Source of the DNA: an uncultured Oscillospiraceae bacterium | GTDB taxonomy: Bacteria; Bacillota; Clostridia; Oscillospirales; Ruminococcaceae | Length of the DNA stretch: 64,000 nt | NCBI GenBank assembly: GCA_964370825.1 | Contig: CAYJKY010000012.1 | Span: forward strand, 1,594 to 65,593 | Reading direction: 5' to 3' | Shown here: positions 18,414 to 28,296 of the stretch, one piece after another | Position numbering within the stretch: the first letter of the stretch is position 1 | Layout of the letters: each line of letters opens with the position of its first letter | Translations under genes and position numbers: made by a program | The notes under the pieces: generated by a model | Told to the model about the DNA's origin: nothing | What the model saw: only the letters and a program-made list of their open reading frames with translations | Database searches by the model: none

Positions 18414-19904
18414 TTATTTAAGGAAGGCAAAAAAGTCCTTTTCCATCCTCTGGTCCTTTTTATGTGGAACTACATCAGACGTATCCAAAAGATGAGTTAA
18501 AAGAAGTTCTTTCATCTCCATCAACACTGTTGAATATTTTGGATCATCAATTATATTAACTAATTCATTTGGGTCATTTTTCAAATCATAGAGTTCGTCT
18601 TTTTCATATAATCTTCTATTATATTTATATTCTTTTGTTCGGCACATGATGGCTTTTCCGTTGTACATCTCGTCCGAGGATTGTAGAAATTGACGTGGAT
18701 AATATAGGCTTTCTTTTAATGGAACAGGGGGACCACCTGTTTCTTTACAATGGTCCTCTCCTTTTCTGAACCCTCCCTCGCAAAAAACCGCTTCTCTGAG
18801 TTCATTTTCCTTTTTCTCCATAAAAGATATTAGTGATTTTCCAAAATGAGTATGGGTTTTAGGAATATCTGCAAGTTCAGCAGCCGTTGCATAGAAATCA
18901 ATAAGCTCAACCATTTCTTGGGATTCACCGTTTCGCAGTTGGTAAGACTTTGGAAGCTTGGCTAAAAAAGGAACGTTAGTCAAACAATCTTCAAAACAAT
19001 TTTGCGCTTTTTCTACAATGCTGTAATCACCGGTATAATCGCCGTGGTCACTAAAAAAGAAAACTGCAGTATCGTCGTAAACACCTTTGTTTTTTAAGGC
19101 GGCAATAATGTCACCCGTCATTTTGTCGACCTTGCTGCACATCCCGAGGTAAACGGCCCTCAATTCATCGAATTCTTCCTGTGTCCACTCCTGCATTCCC
19201 TGCATTCGTGAAAGTTCCTTCATGATCCTTGGCTTCCCTGAAAAATCTTCGGGTGGCGAAATGCGTTTTTTCAGCTTTTCTCTGTCAATACTGCTAAAAA
19301 ACGGTTCTTCAACCTCATATACAGGGTGGGGATTCATCCATGGTAAGAAGATGCAGAATGGTTCTTCAGAATCGTAGTTATTAATGTAATCAACAGCTGC
19401 CTCTGTCCAGATTTCGTCTATATTTTCACATTTATCAATCTTCCCTCTGAAGAAGGAGTAATAGTTTTTTCCACCTTCTTCACCTCGCCAATCAGATCCG
19501 TGGCTTCCTGAAAGTTGCTTATTCAATTTATAATAATCAGTGCAATACGGTTCATAGAAGTTTTCATTTTGTGCGGGCAATAAATCATTTCTTTGGTTCA
19601 TCCACACCCTATAACCATTATCCTTTAATTGTTTTAGTAGCACCGGCTCATCCTCATGCATCATGTGTGTCATTGTTCGATGTCCGGCCACATGGGTGTA
19701 CCACCCACTCATAAAGCTACACCTCGAAGGGGTACAGACAGGGTTTTGACAAAATGCATTAGAAAACGAAACCCCATCCTGGGCTAGCAAATCCAAATTA
19801 GGGGTCACAGATGCTTCATTTCCTAAATGATGTAAGCTGTCGGAACGCATCTGATCCGGATTTAAAATAATAATGTTTGGTCTTTTGTTCATAATTATGC
19901 CCAT
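18414..19904 (-). CDS. Cys-type sulfatase (arylsulfatase family).
   Basis: Sulfatase signature C-T-P-S-R-x-S-F-M-S-G (CTPSRCSFMSG) near the N-terminus. No signal peptide. Confidence 0.85.
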   Translation of the reverse strand: MGIIMNKRPNIIILNPDQMRSDSLHHLGNEASVTPNLDLLAQDGVSFSNAFCQNPVCTPSRCSFMSGWYTHVAGHRTMTHMMHEDEPVLLKQLKDNGYRVWMNQRNDLLPAQNENFYEPYCTDYYKLNKQLSGSHGSDWRGEEGGKNYYSFFRGKIDKCENIDEIWTEAAVDYINNYDSEEPFCIFLPWMNPHPVYEVEEPFFSSIDREKLKKRISPPEDFSGKPRIMKELSRMQGMQEWTQEEFDELRAVYLGMCSKVDKMTGDIIAALKNKGVYDDTAVFFFSDHGDYTGDYSIVEKAQNCFEDCLTNVPFLAKLPKSYQLRNGESQEMVELIDFYATAAELADIPKTHTHFGKSLISFMEKKENELREAVFCEGGFRKGEDHCKETGGPPVPLKESLYYPRQFLQSSDEMYNGKAIMCRTKEYKYNRRLYEKDELYDLKNDPNELVNIIDDPKYSTVLMEMKELLLTHLLDTSDVVPHKKDQRMEKDFFAFLK

Positions 19905-20043
19905 ATTCCTTTCTATAACAAAGCTCTATGTAAGACCACATGGGTTCGTTTTACACAATATTATTTTCACTTCCTTCACACTCGTTTTCTTTTTTTATAA
20001 AAAAGGTTAAACGAATTTCAGATAAAAATATAGTAAATAAATA

Positions 20044-21567
20044 TTATGACTTAGAAATACCTAATCTGTCATATAGTTCTGAGGGGGCATCGACATAGTT
20101 CATATATTTCGAAATATATGACTTCATCTTTTCGGTTACCTCATCGTTTTCTATTAGTGTGTTCTGAGTTTTATCTGCCTGCAAATCATAAAGTGCCGAA
20201 CCAAATGAATTACTGTTCCCCAATATTTGTTGAGCCCTTATTTTCATTACAGGGCACGATTTTGTAAATTCGAATGGTTCTGCCATTACAGTATTTTGTA
20301 ATTCTTTAGTAGAAAACATTGCTCTCATGTGTGTAGGCATTAGAGTATACTCATATAATGGCATATCAGGATTATCGGCAGAGTGCATATAGACATATCT
20401 ACCATCTGTTACATTGACCTGACTGCCAAAATAACCATAAACTGCATATTCTCTGATGGGAGTATCATCTTCAATAACTTGAGTTAGAGGTTTTCCTTGC
20501 ATATCCTTTGGTATATCTACTTTAAAAAAGTCTAAAAGAGTAGGGGCTATGTCAATTGTCTGAACGATAGAATTGCGTTTGCAACCCATCTTGTCTTTTC
20601 TTCGTGGATCATATACATACAGCGGAGTGTGGGCAATTTCATTAAATAGTGGCATTGCACTTTTACCCCACCATCCATGCTCTCCTAACAAAAAGCCATG
20701 GTCTGTATTAACGATAAGCATGGTGTCGTCCCATAGGTTGTACTTATCCATTGCGTCAAGTATTTTGCCTAAGTATCTATCACATTTACTTAGCAGTGAC
20801 GCATAGGTGTAGCGAACATTATTAACCGTTTCTTCATCTTCAGCTACCGGAGCATAAGGAGGCCAATCATACTCTAGGTCGGCATCTCCGGTGAACTTTT
20901 GCTGAAATAAATCATTTTCATCTTTCAATGTGAAAAAGGGTTCGTGTGGGTCAAATGTTTCTACCTGCAAAAACCAATTATCCTGTTCATGATTTTTATC
21001 TATAAAATCAATACCGTTTTGAAAGGTTACAGCTTGACAGGTTAGGTCTTCCTGTTGCATATTTTCTCTGTTTATTGCATCTTGTGTTACAAGCCTTACA
21101 TATTGCGGATAGACTTTCATTGCATTTTTATTCTTGAAAACTGATTCTTTGTCATAATTAAAAGCTAAATCTGCTTTCCAACTGTCACCTTCCTGGCCAC
21201 GAACAATTTCCCATGATGAATATCGTTGATGATATGTAGCTCCACCGTCCTCCCAGTAATGTTGATGGTCACTGATTAAATGAGAGTATATACCATTGTT
21301 TTTTAGTAGTTCAGGCATAGAGTCGTCAAAAGGTTCTAACGGCCCCCAGCTTCTATGAAAAAAATTAACCCTACCTGTGTGTAGCTCTCTTCTTGCAGGC
21401 ATACAGGGCATACTTCCAACATAGCAGTTTTCGAATTGCACAGCTTTTTCTGCTAACCTTTTAAAATTGGGGGTAAGAGTCCAATCACACCCATACGATT
21501 CAATTAACTCTCTGTTTAGCGAATCATACATAACCATTATTGCTTTCATATCACTCCTTTGCTTCAT
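20044..21567 (-). CDS. Cys-type sulfatase, second paralog.
   Basis: Signature SMPCMPARRELHTG (CxPxR...TG). It also has the DHG and GK metal-binding elements of the family. Confidence 0.8.
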   Translation of the reverse strand: MKQRSDMKAIMVMYDSLNRELIESYGCDWTLTPNFKRLAEKAVQFENCYVGSMPCMPARRELHTGRVNFFHRSWGPLEPFDDSMPELLKNNGIYSHLISDHQHYWEDGGATYHQRYSSWEIVRGQEGDSWKADLAFNYDKESVFKNKNAMKVYPQYVRLVTQDAINRENMQQEDLTCQAVTFQNGIDFIDKNHEQDNWFLQVETFDPHEPFFTLKDENDLFQQKFTGDADLEYDWPPYAPVAEDEETVNNVRYTYASLLSKCDRYLGKILDAMDKYNLWDDTMLIVNTDHGFLLGEHGWWGKSAMPLFNEIAHTPLYVYDPRRKDKMGCKRNSIVQTIDIAPTLLDFFKVDIPKDMQGKPLTQVIEDDTPIREYAVYGYFGSQVNVTDGRYVYMHSADNPDMPLYEYTLMPTHMRAMFSTKELQNTVMAEPFEFTKSCPVMKIRAQQILGNSNSFGSALYDLQADKTQNTLIENDEVTEKMKSYISKYMNYVDAPSELYDRLGISKS

Positions 21568-21720
21568 TTATTCTGTCGATATAGTAGCCTGTTGTACCAT
21601 GAAAGAATTACTGCCGTGTAAATAACATGCAATAAATATATCCTACTTAGTAAACATTTTTATCATTCAAACGGGTCTGTTCTTGATAAAAATACAGGTG
21701 ATGTGTTAGCCTTATCAACC

Positions 21721-22620
21721 TTAGTTTTTCATTCCCGACGTTGCCACACCTTGAACAAAATATTTTTGCGCAAAAAAGTATAACACAATCATCGGAACAG
21801 ATGTAAATAGGGTGGCAGCCATTAGCCAATTGTAGTGCGTTGCCGTTGACCCCTTGAACATCTGCAAGCCAAGCTGAACGGTTTTCATCGCCTCAGAGTT
21901 AGTAAGAATTAACGGATAAAAGAAGTCATTCCAGGTGGCGACACCTTTTAATATTGTTAAGGTAGCAAGTATGGTTTTAGACATTGGCAAGAAAATGCTG
22001 AAATATGTTCTTACCGGGCCACATCCATCCATTAATGCTGCTTCGTCCAACTCTTTAGGAAATGTAGAGTAAAATTGCCTACATAAAAAGATACCAAACG
22101 AGCCTGCAAGAAAAGGTATTATCAATGCATAGTATGTATCCAATATACCAGTTCCACCCTGTCCGAATATGTTGTTCCCGCCCATAAGTGGAAACGATCT
22201 CAGCAAAACGAACTGAGGAATGATAATAGATTGTGGAGAAACCATCATACCTACCAGTATCATTATAAATAAAATATCCCTGCCTCTAAATTTTAATCTG
22301 GCAAAAGAGTAGCCTGCGATAGAGTTAATAACCAAGCTACCCACAACGACAATAACAGTTATTAATGCACTGTTAAAAAAATACGTCATCCAATCGCCCA
22401 TTCCCCATGCAGAAATAAAATTTTCAAAATATGTAAAATCTGCCGGTAGCCATTGAAAATTCGCGATAGATATTTCGGCATCTGTTTTAAACGCCGTGGT
22501 TATTACAAATAAAATAGGCAGTAGGGTTACCATTGCCCAACCGGTAAGGAGCAATATACTTAAACATGCAAATATTTTTTTCTTAGTTTTAACATTTGTA
22601 AATCCTACATTTCCACTCAT
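21721..22620 (-). CDS. Carbohydrate ABC transporter permease (MalG-like).
   Basis: TM topology, an EAA loop (DEAALMDGCGPVRTYFSIFLP), and it overlaps the upstream permease by 4 nt. Confidence 0.8.
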   Translation of the reverse strand: MSGNVGFTNVKTKKKIFACLSILLLTGWAMVTLLPILFVITTAFKTDAEISIANFQWLPADFTYFENFISAWGMGDWMTYFFNSALITVIVVVGSLVINSIAGYSFARLKFRGRDILFIMILVGMMVSPQSIIIPQFVLLRSFPLMGGNNIFGQGGTGILDTYYALIIPFLAGSFGIFLCRQFYSTFPKELDEAALMDGCGPVRTYFSIFLPMSKTILATLTILKGVATWNDFFYPLILTNSEAMKTVQLGLQMFKGSTATHYNWLMAATLFTSVPMIVLYFFAQKYFVQGVATSGMKN

Positions 22621-23495
22621 GAACTCTCTCCTTTTCCATATTTAAAGTTCACAACGGTTATTATTAAAATTATTAATAGCAAAACCACTGCTTGCGCTGA
22701 TGCATATCCCATTTTATAATACTCAAATCCATTTCGATATATCTGATGTGCAATAGTTGTTGTGGAATTAAGAGGCCCACCATTTGTAAGAATAAGAACC
22801 TGTCCGAACACCTGAAAAGATCTTATACACGCCATAACAAATATAAAGAATGTTGTAGGTGCCAATTGTGGTATAGTGATTTTAGTGAACTTGTGCCATA
22901 TATTAGCGCCATCTATGCTTGCAGCCTCGTACAAATGCTCAGGTATCGACTGCAAACCTGCAAGAAATAAAACCATATTATATCCGGTTGAATTCCATAT
23001 ACTCATGATGGCTACGGAGGGCAACGCCGTGGAGGCTGATGTTAACCAGCCTACCGGCGATAAACCAACTCCCTCTAATATTCTGTTTAGAATGCCGCTG
23101 TTTGCATCGAATAAATAGAGCCAAGCCATAGATACGGCAACCATTGAAAAAATATTCGGGAGATAAAATAAAGTCCTAAAAAACCCTTTGCCCCTGAGTT
23201 TTTGATTAAGAAGTGAGGCTAAGAAAAGAGCCAACATCATTGAAATGGGGATAGTTAATATACTGTACTCCAACGTATTAATTATACTCGAAATAAAATC
23301 TTGATCATTAAATAGTTCTATATAGTTGTCAAATCCGATAAATGAAGCTTCCCTTAGATTATAGTCTGTGAACGAAAGCCATATAGTTTGCAATATCGGC
23401 AACAAAATAAAAAGTGCATAAATTAGATACGCCGGCGCAATTAAGAGATACGCAACATTTTGATATTGTCCTCCGGTTTTAGGTTTCAATTTCAT
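22617..23495 (-). CDS. Carbohydrate ABC transporter permease (MalF-like).
   Basis: TM topology and an EAA loop (YEAASIDGANIWHKFTKITIP). Confidence 0.8.
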   Translation of the reverse strand: MKLKPKTGGQYQNVAYLLIAPAYLIYALFILLPILQTIWLSFTDYNLREASFIGFDNYIELFNDQDFISSIINTLEYSILTIPISMMLALFLASLLNQKLRGKGFFRTLFYLPNIFSMVAVSMAWLYLFDANSGILNRILEGVGLSPVGWLTSASTALPSVAIMSIWNSTGYNMVLFLAGLQSIPEHLYEAASIDGANIWHKFTKITIPQLAPTTFFIFVMACIRSFQVFGQVLILTNGGPLNSTTTIAHQIYRNGFEYYKMGYASAQAVVLLLIILIITVVNFKYGKGESS

Positions 23496-23507
23496 CTGTT
23501 TCTCCTC

Positions 23508-24815
23508 TTATCCTATGGTTGCATTCCACTCATCTTCCATTACGACTAAATGTTCTTGAGCATCGGCACCTGCATATATTTGCTCAAGGCCAAGACGGAA
23601 TGCGACAACAACCTCTGTGTATTTAGAATTAAATGAATCTGAAAATGTTGTGGCATTAGAATATGCATGTAGAACATTTTCGTATGCAGGATTTAATGTT
23701 AAGAATTCTTCGTCTAACGATTTTCTCGCAGAATACATACTTGCTTGTTCTGCTAAAATAGAGGAAGATTCCTTAGAGAATGAATCAAATAGCATCTCAG
23801 CAGCAATGTCTTTTTGCTTTGAGTCGGTATTTAGAGCTGTATAGTTACCAATCAATAGGGTATGCATATCACTTTTAATAAAACCAATATTGCCTTCAAA
23901 TGCACTGTTTGCAGTAGCGTAGCTTGATTCGGCCACAAGTGTCATTGCAGCAGTACCTGCTTGAACGCCGTTGATGTTTGAACCTGGGGCAGACAACAAT
24001 ACTACGCCTTCGTCGATTAAAGCTTTCATTGCATTTATGGACTCAACAGCTTCCGGTGTGTTAAATGCTGCATGGCTTTCTAAATCCCACAGCTTAACAT
24101 CATCTGTATACATACCTGTTAATGTGTAAAAGAATTGTTCGCCGTCCTGATCAAATTCAAAACCGTGGGTAGTAACATTTCCATCTTCGTCATAAACTGT
24201 AAGTTTTCTAACTAATTCATAGAAATCTTCCGGAGTTTTGATATAAAGATCATCCTCTGTTAAACCTTGTTGCTCTGCAATATCTGTTCTGTACATAAAG
24301 GTTCTTGTTGCAGGCGCAAACAGAGCGTATAAACTACCGTCACTTCTTCCGGCATCTAAAACGTTTTCTGCAATGTCTTCAAGGCCGTCCCAATTTTCAG
24401 GTATGTATTCATCTAAGTTTTGAACATAACCCAGTTCCATTACAGATCCCATCTGTCCGTAACCTAACATGTATATGTCAGGGCCGGCACCACCGATAAG
24501 TCCTGCATTAAGTTTTGTAAAATAATCGCTCCAAGGTATAAATGTTAACTCATAACTAATACCCTTGCTTTCCGCGAATTTGTCGAAAACTTCACGATAA
24601 GCATTGTCGATTTGAACCTCACCATTGCCTGCAAGCCAGATAACAATATTTGTATCCGAACTTACGGGTTCTTCCTCTGCTGCATCTGCCGGTGTACTAT
24701 CGACTTCCGCACTGTCATTATTGCCTGTTTCAGTACTTTCGGAAGCGGATGAACATCCTCCAAAAGATATAAGAAGTGTAACGGCTAATAATAACGATAA
24801 AATCCTTTTTTTCAT
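23508..24815 (-). CDS. Extracellular sugar-binding lipoprotein (ABC SBP).
   Basis: Lipobox LLISFGGCSS. The 435-aa size and its position upstream of the two permeases fit. Confidence 0.8.
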   Translation of the reverse strand: MKKRILSLLLAVTLLISFGGCSSASESTETGNNDSAEVDSTPADAAEEEPVSSDTNIVIWLAGNGEVQIDNAYREVFDKFAESKGISYELTFIPWSDYFTKLNAGLIGGAGPDIYMLGYGQMGSVMELGYVQNLDEYIPENWDGLEDIAENVLDAGRSDGSLYALFAPATRTFMYRTDIAEQQGLTEDDLYIKTPEDFYELVRKLTVYDEDGNVTTHGFEFDQDGEQFFYTLTGMYTDDVKLWDLESHAAFNTPEAVESINAMKALIDEGVVLLSAPGSNINGVQAGTAAMTLVAESSYATANSAFEGNIGFIKSDMHTLLIGNYTALNTDSKQKDIAAEMLFDSFSKESSSILAEQASMYSARKSLDEEFLTLNPAYENVLHAYSNATTFSDSFNSKYTEVVVAFRLGLEQIYAGADAQEHLVVMEDEWNATIG

Positions 24816-24857
24816 ATTAAGCTCCTCCTAATAAACGTGGTGTTTCTTCTTGTTTTT

Positions 24858-24877
24858 ATAGGCAACCGATTGCCTAT
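24858..24877. promoter_or_regulatory. LacI-type operator candidate 1: palindrome ATAGGCAA-ccga-TTGCCTAT.
   Basis: 8-bp perfect arms with a CG-centred core AACCGATT, typical of LacI-family sites. It lies in the divergent region between the SBP and lacI genes. Confidence 0.5.
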
Positions 24878-25002
24878 AGATGTATTCTATCATTCGAGGT
24901 ATTTGTTGTCAATGTTTTTTTCATTTCACGCTTGTTTTTGTATGTTTTGCACAATATACATCGCAATAATTTGGTACATTCGCCTTATATTCTTGCAAAA
25001 TA

Positions 25003-25018
25003 TCGGCAACCGGTTGCT
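25003..25018. promoter_or_regulatory. LacI-type operator candidate 2: perfect 12-bp palindrome GCAACCGGTTGC, related to site 1.
   Basis: Both sites share the core GGCAACCG(A/G)TTGC. This one is 190 nt upstream of lacI. Confidence 0.5.
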
Positions 25019-25197
25019 TTTTTTATTTTTTTATTAAAACAGCTATTGACTTTTTGTGATTCTGTCTTTATTATTAAACTACTATTAGTCACCAACGTCA
25101 ATAATTTTAAAGGGTGGCGCTATGCTGTAACAGAAAAGAATACAGCCATATTATGATGGCGACTCTTTCCGTATAACCACTACATAGGGATAACTAT

Positions 25198-26223
25198 ATG
25201 AACCAAAGCAAACCCACAACAATTTATGATTTAGCCGAGGCAACAGGGCTATCTCCTGCGTCGGTGTCTAAAATAATAAATAATAAAGGTTCCTACTCTG
25301 TCAAAACAAGGCAAAAAGTATTCGACATGATAAAAATCATGGGATATACTCCTAATATAAAAGCAAGAAAACTAGCATCAAAAAATACTAATGTTATCGG
25401 AATAGAGGTTGATAACGCAAAACACAATAACGCATTTTTCCACAGTCTTATTTTAGGTGCATTTGACAGAACTCTACATTATGGCTATAACCTCACTTTG
25501 TATAATCAGGTTGGGGTAGGCAATCAAAATTCATTATCCTCCTTGCATGAATTTGATGGTATTATATTTCCGCTAAGTAGCATGACCCTTACCCAAGCAA
25601 ATTACATTAACTATCTTAACTCAATAAATAAACCTTTTGTATACCTGGGAGATCAAAAATCTTTTGATGACAAAGAACGAAATGTATATGGTGGCTATTT
25701 TGACTATATATGTTTTATTATCAAGTATTTCCACTCCATAGGAAAGAAGCGCATTGTACTTTTCCCTCAAACTTCCAATCATGAATTTTTGCTAGTGAGT
25801 CAAAATAAACTGCAGGAAATGATAAACGATATTCTTGATGAGTATAATCTCCCGGATGATTTTTGTATTTTGGATTCGTATGATGAAAATAATCCTCAAA
25901 CAATAATAAAACAGGTTGACACATATTATAGAAAACATTCTATAGATGCTCTTTTTTTAAACTCGATTCCCTGTACAATTATGATATATAACCATTTACA
26001 GCAATCCGGAATTCATATCCCAAATGATATCTCTATCATATCAACAACAAATAATATTTTAGAGGGCACCTCTTTTTTTCCACCTTTATCCACGATACTT
26101 GTTGATTCTTATAAAATGGGGCAGCGGGCTGTTGATTTGATACTGCATCAAATCAACCCTGATAAATATCCGAAATGCGATAACAATGTACCATATACGT
26201 TTATAAAAAGAGAATCGGATTAA
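25198..26223 (+). CDS. LacI-family transcriptional regulator.
   Basis: N-terminal HTH TIYDLAEATGLSPASVSKIINN followed by a periplasmic-binding-protein-like sugar-binding core. Confidence 0.85.
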   Translation: MNQSKPTTIYDLAEATGLSPASVSKIINNKGSYSVKTRQKVFDMIKIMGYTPNIKARKLASKNTNVIGIEVDNAKHNNAFFHSLILGAFDRTLHYGYNLTLYNQVGVGNQNSLSSLHEFDGIIFPLSSMTLTQANYINYLNSINKPFVYLGDQKSFDDKERNVYGGYFDYICFIIKYFHSIGKKRIVLFPQTSNHEFLLVSQNKLQEMINDILDEYNLPDDFCILDSYDENNPQTIIKQVDTYYRKHSIDALFLNSIPCTIMIYNHLQQSGIHIPNDISIISTTNNILEGTSFFPPLSTILVDSYKMGQRAVDLILHQINPDKYPKCDNNVPYTFIKRESD

Positions 26224-26387
26224 AATAGAGCGATGTATCTACAGCCATAGTGGCGTGAAAAAGATATACTGTTGATTATGAAACGTAATCAATAGAGAAA
26301 AATAGCTTTTTGTGTGATCTTTTTGTGTGATTTTGTAATCTTAATTTAACACTACAATTAGTCGCAATTTCTTGTCATATTTGGGCT

Positions 26388-26416
26388 TGACAAAGAGGTG
26401 TGGTTTTGATATAATA
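26388..26416 (+). promoter_or_regulatory. Consensus sigma-A promoter (TTGACA, 17 nt, TATAAT) for the rpmH operon.
   Basis: Perfect hexamers about 105 nt upstream of rpmH. Confidence 0.7.
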
Positions 26417-26521
26417 ATTAAGCTAATGTTGAATCAACGAATATTTTGTCATTGGCTTGTACGACACTTCAAAAAATAACAACCCTTTAGGTTTGTGATT
26501 TAAAGAAAGGAATTCATAATA

Positions 26522-26656
26522 ATGAAAAGAACATTTCAACCAAAAAAACGTCACCGTTCAAGAGTACACGGTTTTTTAGCTCGTTCAAGAAGCAAAAACG
26601 GCCGCAAGGTTATAGCTCGCCGTCGTTCTAAAGGACGTGCTGTTCTTGGCATTTAG
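26522..26656 (+). CDS. rpmH: 50S ribosomal protein L34.
   Basis: [44 protein letters not shown]. It is absent from the ORF track because it is under 60 aa. Confidence 0.95.
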   Translation: MKRTFQPKKRHRSRVHGFLARSRSKNGRKVIARRRSKGRAVLGI

Positions 26657-26659
26657 TCT

Positions 26660-26983
26660 GTGAGGCATCGATCTCTAACAAAAAATTACGAGTTCGGACG
26701 TTGCTATAACAAGGGAAGGTATGTAGCCCATCCACTTGTTGTTTCATATTATCTAAAAAATAAATATGGAGTGACAAGGCTTGGAATTACAACATCAAAA
26801 AAAATAGGTGGAGCGGTTGCTCGTAATCGGGCAAGACGGATTTTGAGGGAAGCTGCAAATATTTCAATATCTCCCGAATTGGGATACGATGTTGTACTGG
26901 TTGCAAGGGCGGCTACTGTTGAGTCTAAAAGCAACCACCTTGCTGAAGTTATTGCACAGCATCTAAAAAAAATACTAAAGTAG
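26660..26983 (+). CDS. rnpA: RNase P protein component (GTG start).
   Basis: 3 nt after rpmH. Conserved ...[27 protein letters not shown]... Confidence 0.9.
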   Translation: MRHRSLTKNYEFGRCYNKGRYVAHPLVVSYYLKNKYGVTRLGITTSKKIGGAVARNRARRILREAANISISPELGYDVVLVARAATVESKSNHLAEVIAQHLKKILK

Positions 26984-26987
26984 ACAG

Positions 26988-27230
26988 ATGCAGATGATAA
27001 AGAAAATATTTATTTTGTTGATTAAGGGGTATCAGAGATTTATTTCGCCCCTCCTCGGCCACCATTGCCGCTATATACCCAGCTGTAGTCAGTATGCCGT
27101 CGAGGCATTACAGCTACATGGAGTTTTGCGGGGTGGTTTTTTGGCGTTTAAGAGAATATTGAGGTGCAATCCATTCGGTGGACATGGTTTTGATCCGGTG
27201 CCGGAGCGTAAAGGAACAAAAAATCTATAG
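26988..27230 (+). CDS. yidD: Membrane protein insertion efficiency factor YidD.
   Basis: [10 protein letters not shown]...[15 protein letters not shown]...HG motif and its position after rnpA. Confidence 0.9.
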   Translation: MQMIKKIFILLIKGYQRFISPLLGHHCRYIPSCSQYAVEALQLHGVLRGGFLAFKRILRCNPFGGHGFDPVPERKGTKNL

Positions 27231-27249
27231 AATTTAAGGAACTAAATAT

Positions 27250-28251
27250 ATGTGGGACGCAATTACTTCTTTCATTCCGAGTATACTTGGAATTGCAATG
27301 CGGTTTATACAAGGTTTTGCCGGGTCGTACTGGTTGACCTTGTTGCTGTTTGCTCTTTTTATTAAGCTTATTCTCTTCCCCCTCGCACTAAAGCAACAAA
27401 AGTCGTCGGCAAAGATGGCGGCATTTCAACCGTTACTTGCAGAAATAAATAAAACATATGCAAACGACAAGCAAAAACAGCAGGAGGAATATCTGCGTCT
27501 ACAGCAGGAGCACGGCTACTCTCCGCTATCGGGATGCCTTCCTATGCTTGTTCAGATGCCTATTTTGTTCGGTCTTATCGAGGTTGTGTATCAACCGCTT
27601 ACCTACATCATTAATGCTTCGGAGGAGGCAATTAACTCTGCTATTGAGTTGGTCGGTCTTAGTATGTCGGACAGAACTTCCGAGACGGTGCTTATCGGTC
27701 ATATACAGCAAAATCCTCAAAATTTTAGCAACATTTTTAATGCGGAGGAACTTGCACGTATATCCTCTCTTGACATAAGCTTTTTCGGAATGGATCTTGC
27801 ATCTATACCTTCGTTTACCGACCCTAATATTATATGGATAATTCCGATATTATCCTTCTTAACCATGGTTGCATCCATGACCATAACAACAAGGATGTCC
27901 GGAACCCAGATGCAGGGAAGCATGAAAGCGCTCCCCTATATCTCCAGTGCAATGTTTTTATACTTCGGATTTATTTTACCGGCAGGTGTTACTTTTTATT
28001 GGATAGGCTCAAACCTTTTTGGGTTACTTCAAAGCTTGATTGTCCGTAGGATACACAATCCTGAGGTATTAAAGGCTCAGTTCCAGCAGGAAATTGAAGA
28101 AAAAAGTAAACACCGTAAAAAGAAAAATAAGATAGTCAAGGTTGAAACCGAAACCGGTGAGGTTATAGAGAAAAAAGTGTCACAAAGTGAACTGGAGAAA
28201 ATGAAGCTTCAAAAAGCCAGAGAGGCTATTGCAAAAAAATACGAAGAGTAA
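27250..28251 (+). CDS. yidC: YidC/Oxa1-family membrane protein insertase (SpoIIIJ-like).
   Basis: 60-kDa inner-membrane protein architecture with a K-rich C-terminal tail. Conserved operon position. Confidence 0.9.
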   Translation: MWDAITSFIPSILGIAMRFIQGFAGSYWLTLLLFALFIKLILFPLALKQQKSSAKMAAFQPLLAEINKTYANDKQKQQEEYLRLQQEHGYSPLSGCLPMLVQMPILFGLIEVVYQPLTYIINASEEAINSAIELVGLSMSDRTSETVLIGHIQQNPQNFSNIFNAEELARISSLDISFFGMDLASIPSFTDPNIIWIIPILSFLTMVASMTITTRMSGTQMQGSMKALPYISSAMFLYFGFILPAGVTFYWIGSNLFGLLQSLIVRRIHNPEVLKAQFQQEIEEKSKHRKKKNKIVKVETETGEVIEKKVSQSELEKMKLQKAREAIAKKYEE

Positions 28252-28296
28252 AACCTATTGTTTTACAACAACAAATTAATATTTGAAAGGATGTAT

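Noticed and set aside
24990-25030. Second sigma-28-like element (TAAA ... GCCGATAT) on the minus strand upstream of the sugar SBP gene
   Set aside because: The spacing between TAAA and GCCGATAT is about 13 nt rather than 15, and the -35 lies in an A-run. It overlaps the LacI palindrome and is more likely coincidental.
26224-26521. Possible oriC upstream of rpmH, given the ori-proximal gene set
   Set aside because: I found no TTATCCACA or TGTGGATAA DnaA boxes or a cluster of them, only a direct repeat CTTTTTGTGTGAT x2 and a consensus promoter. There is no dnaA in the window.
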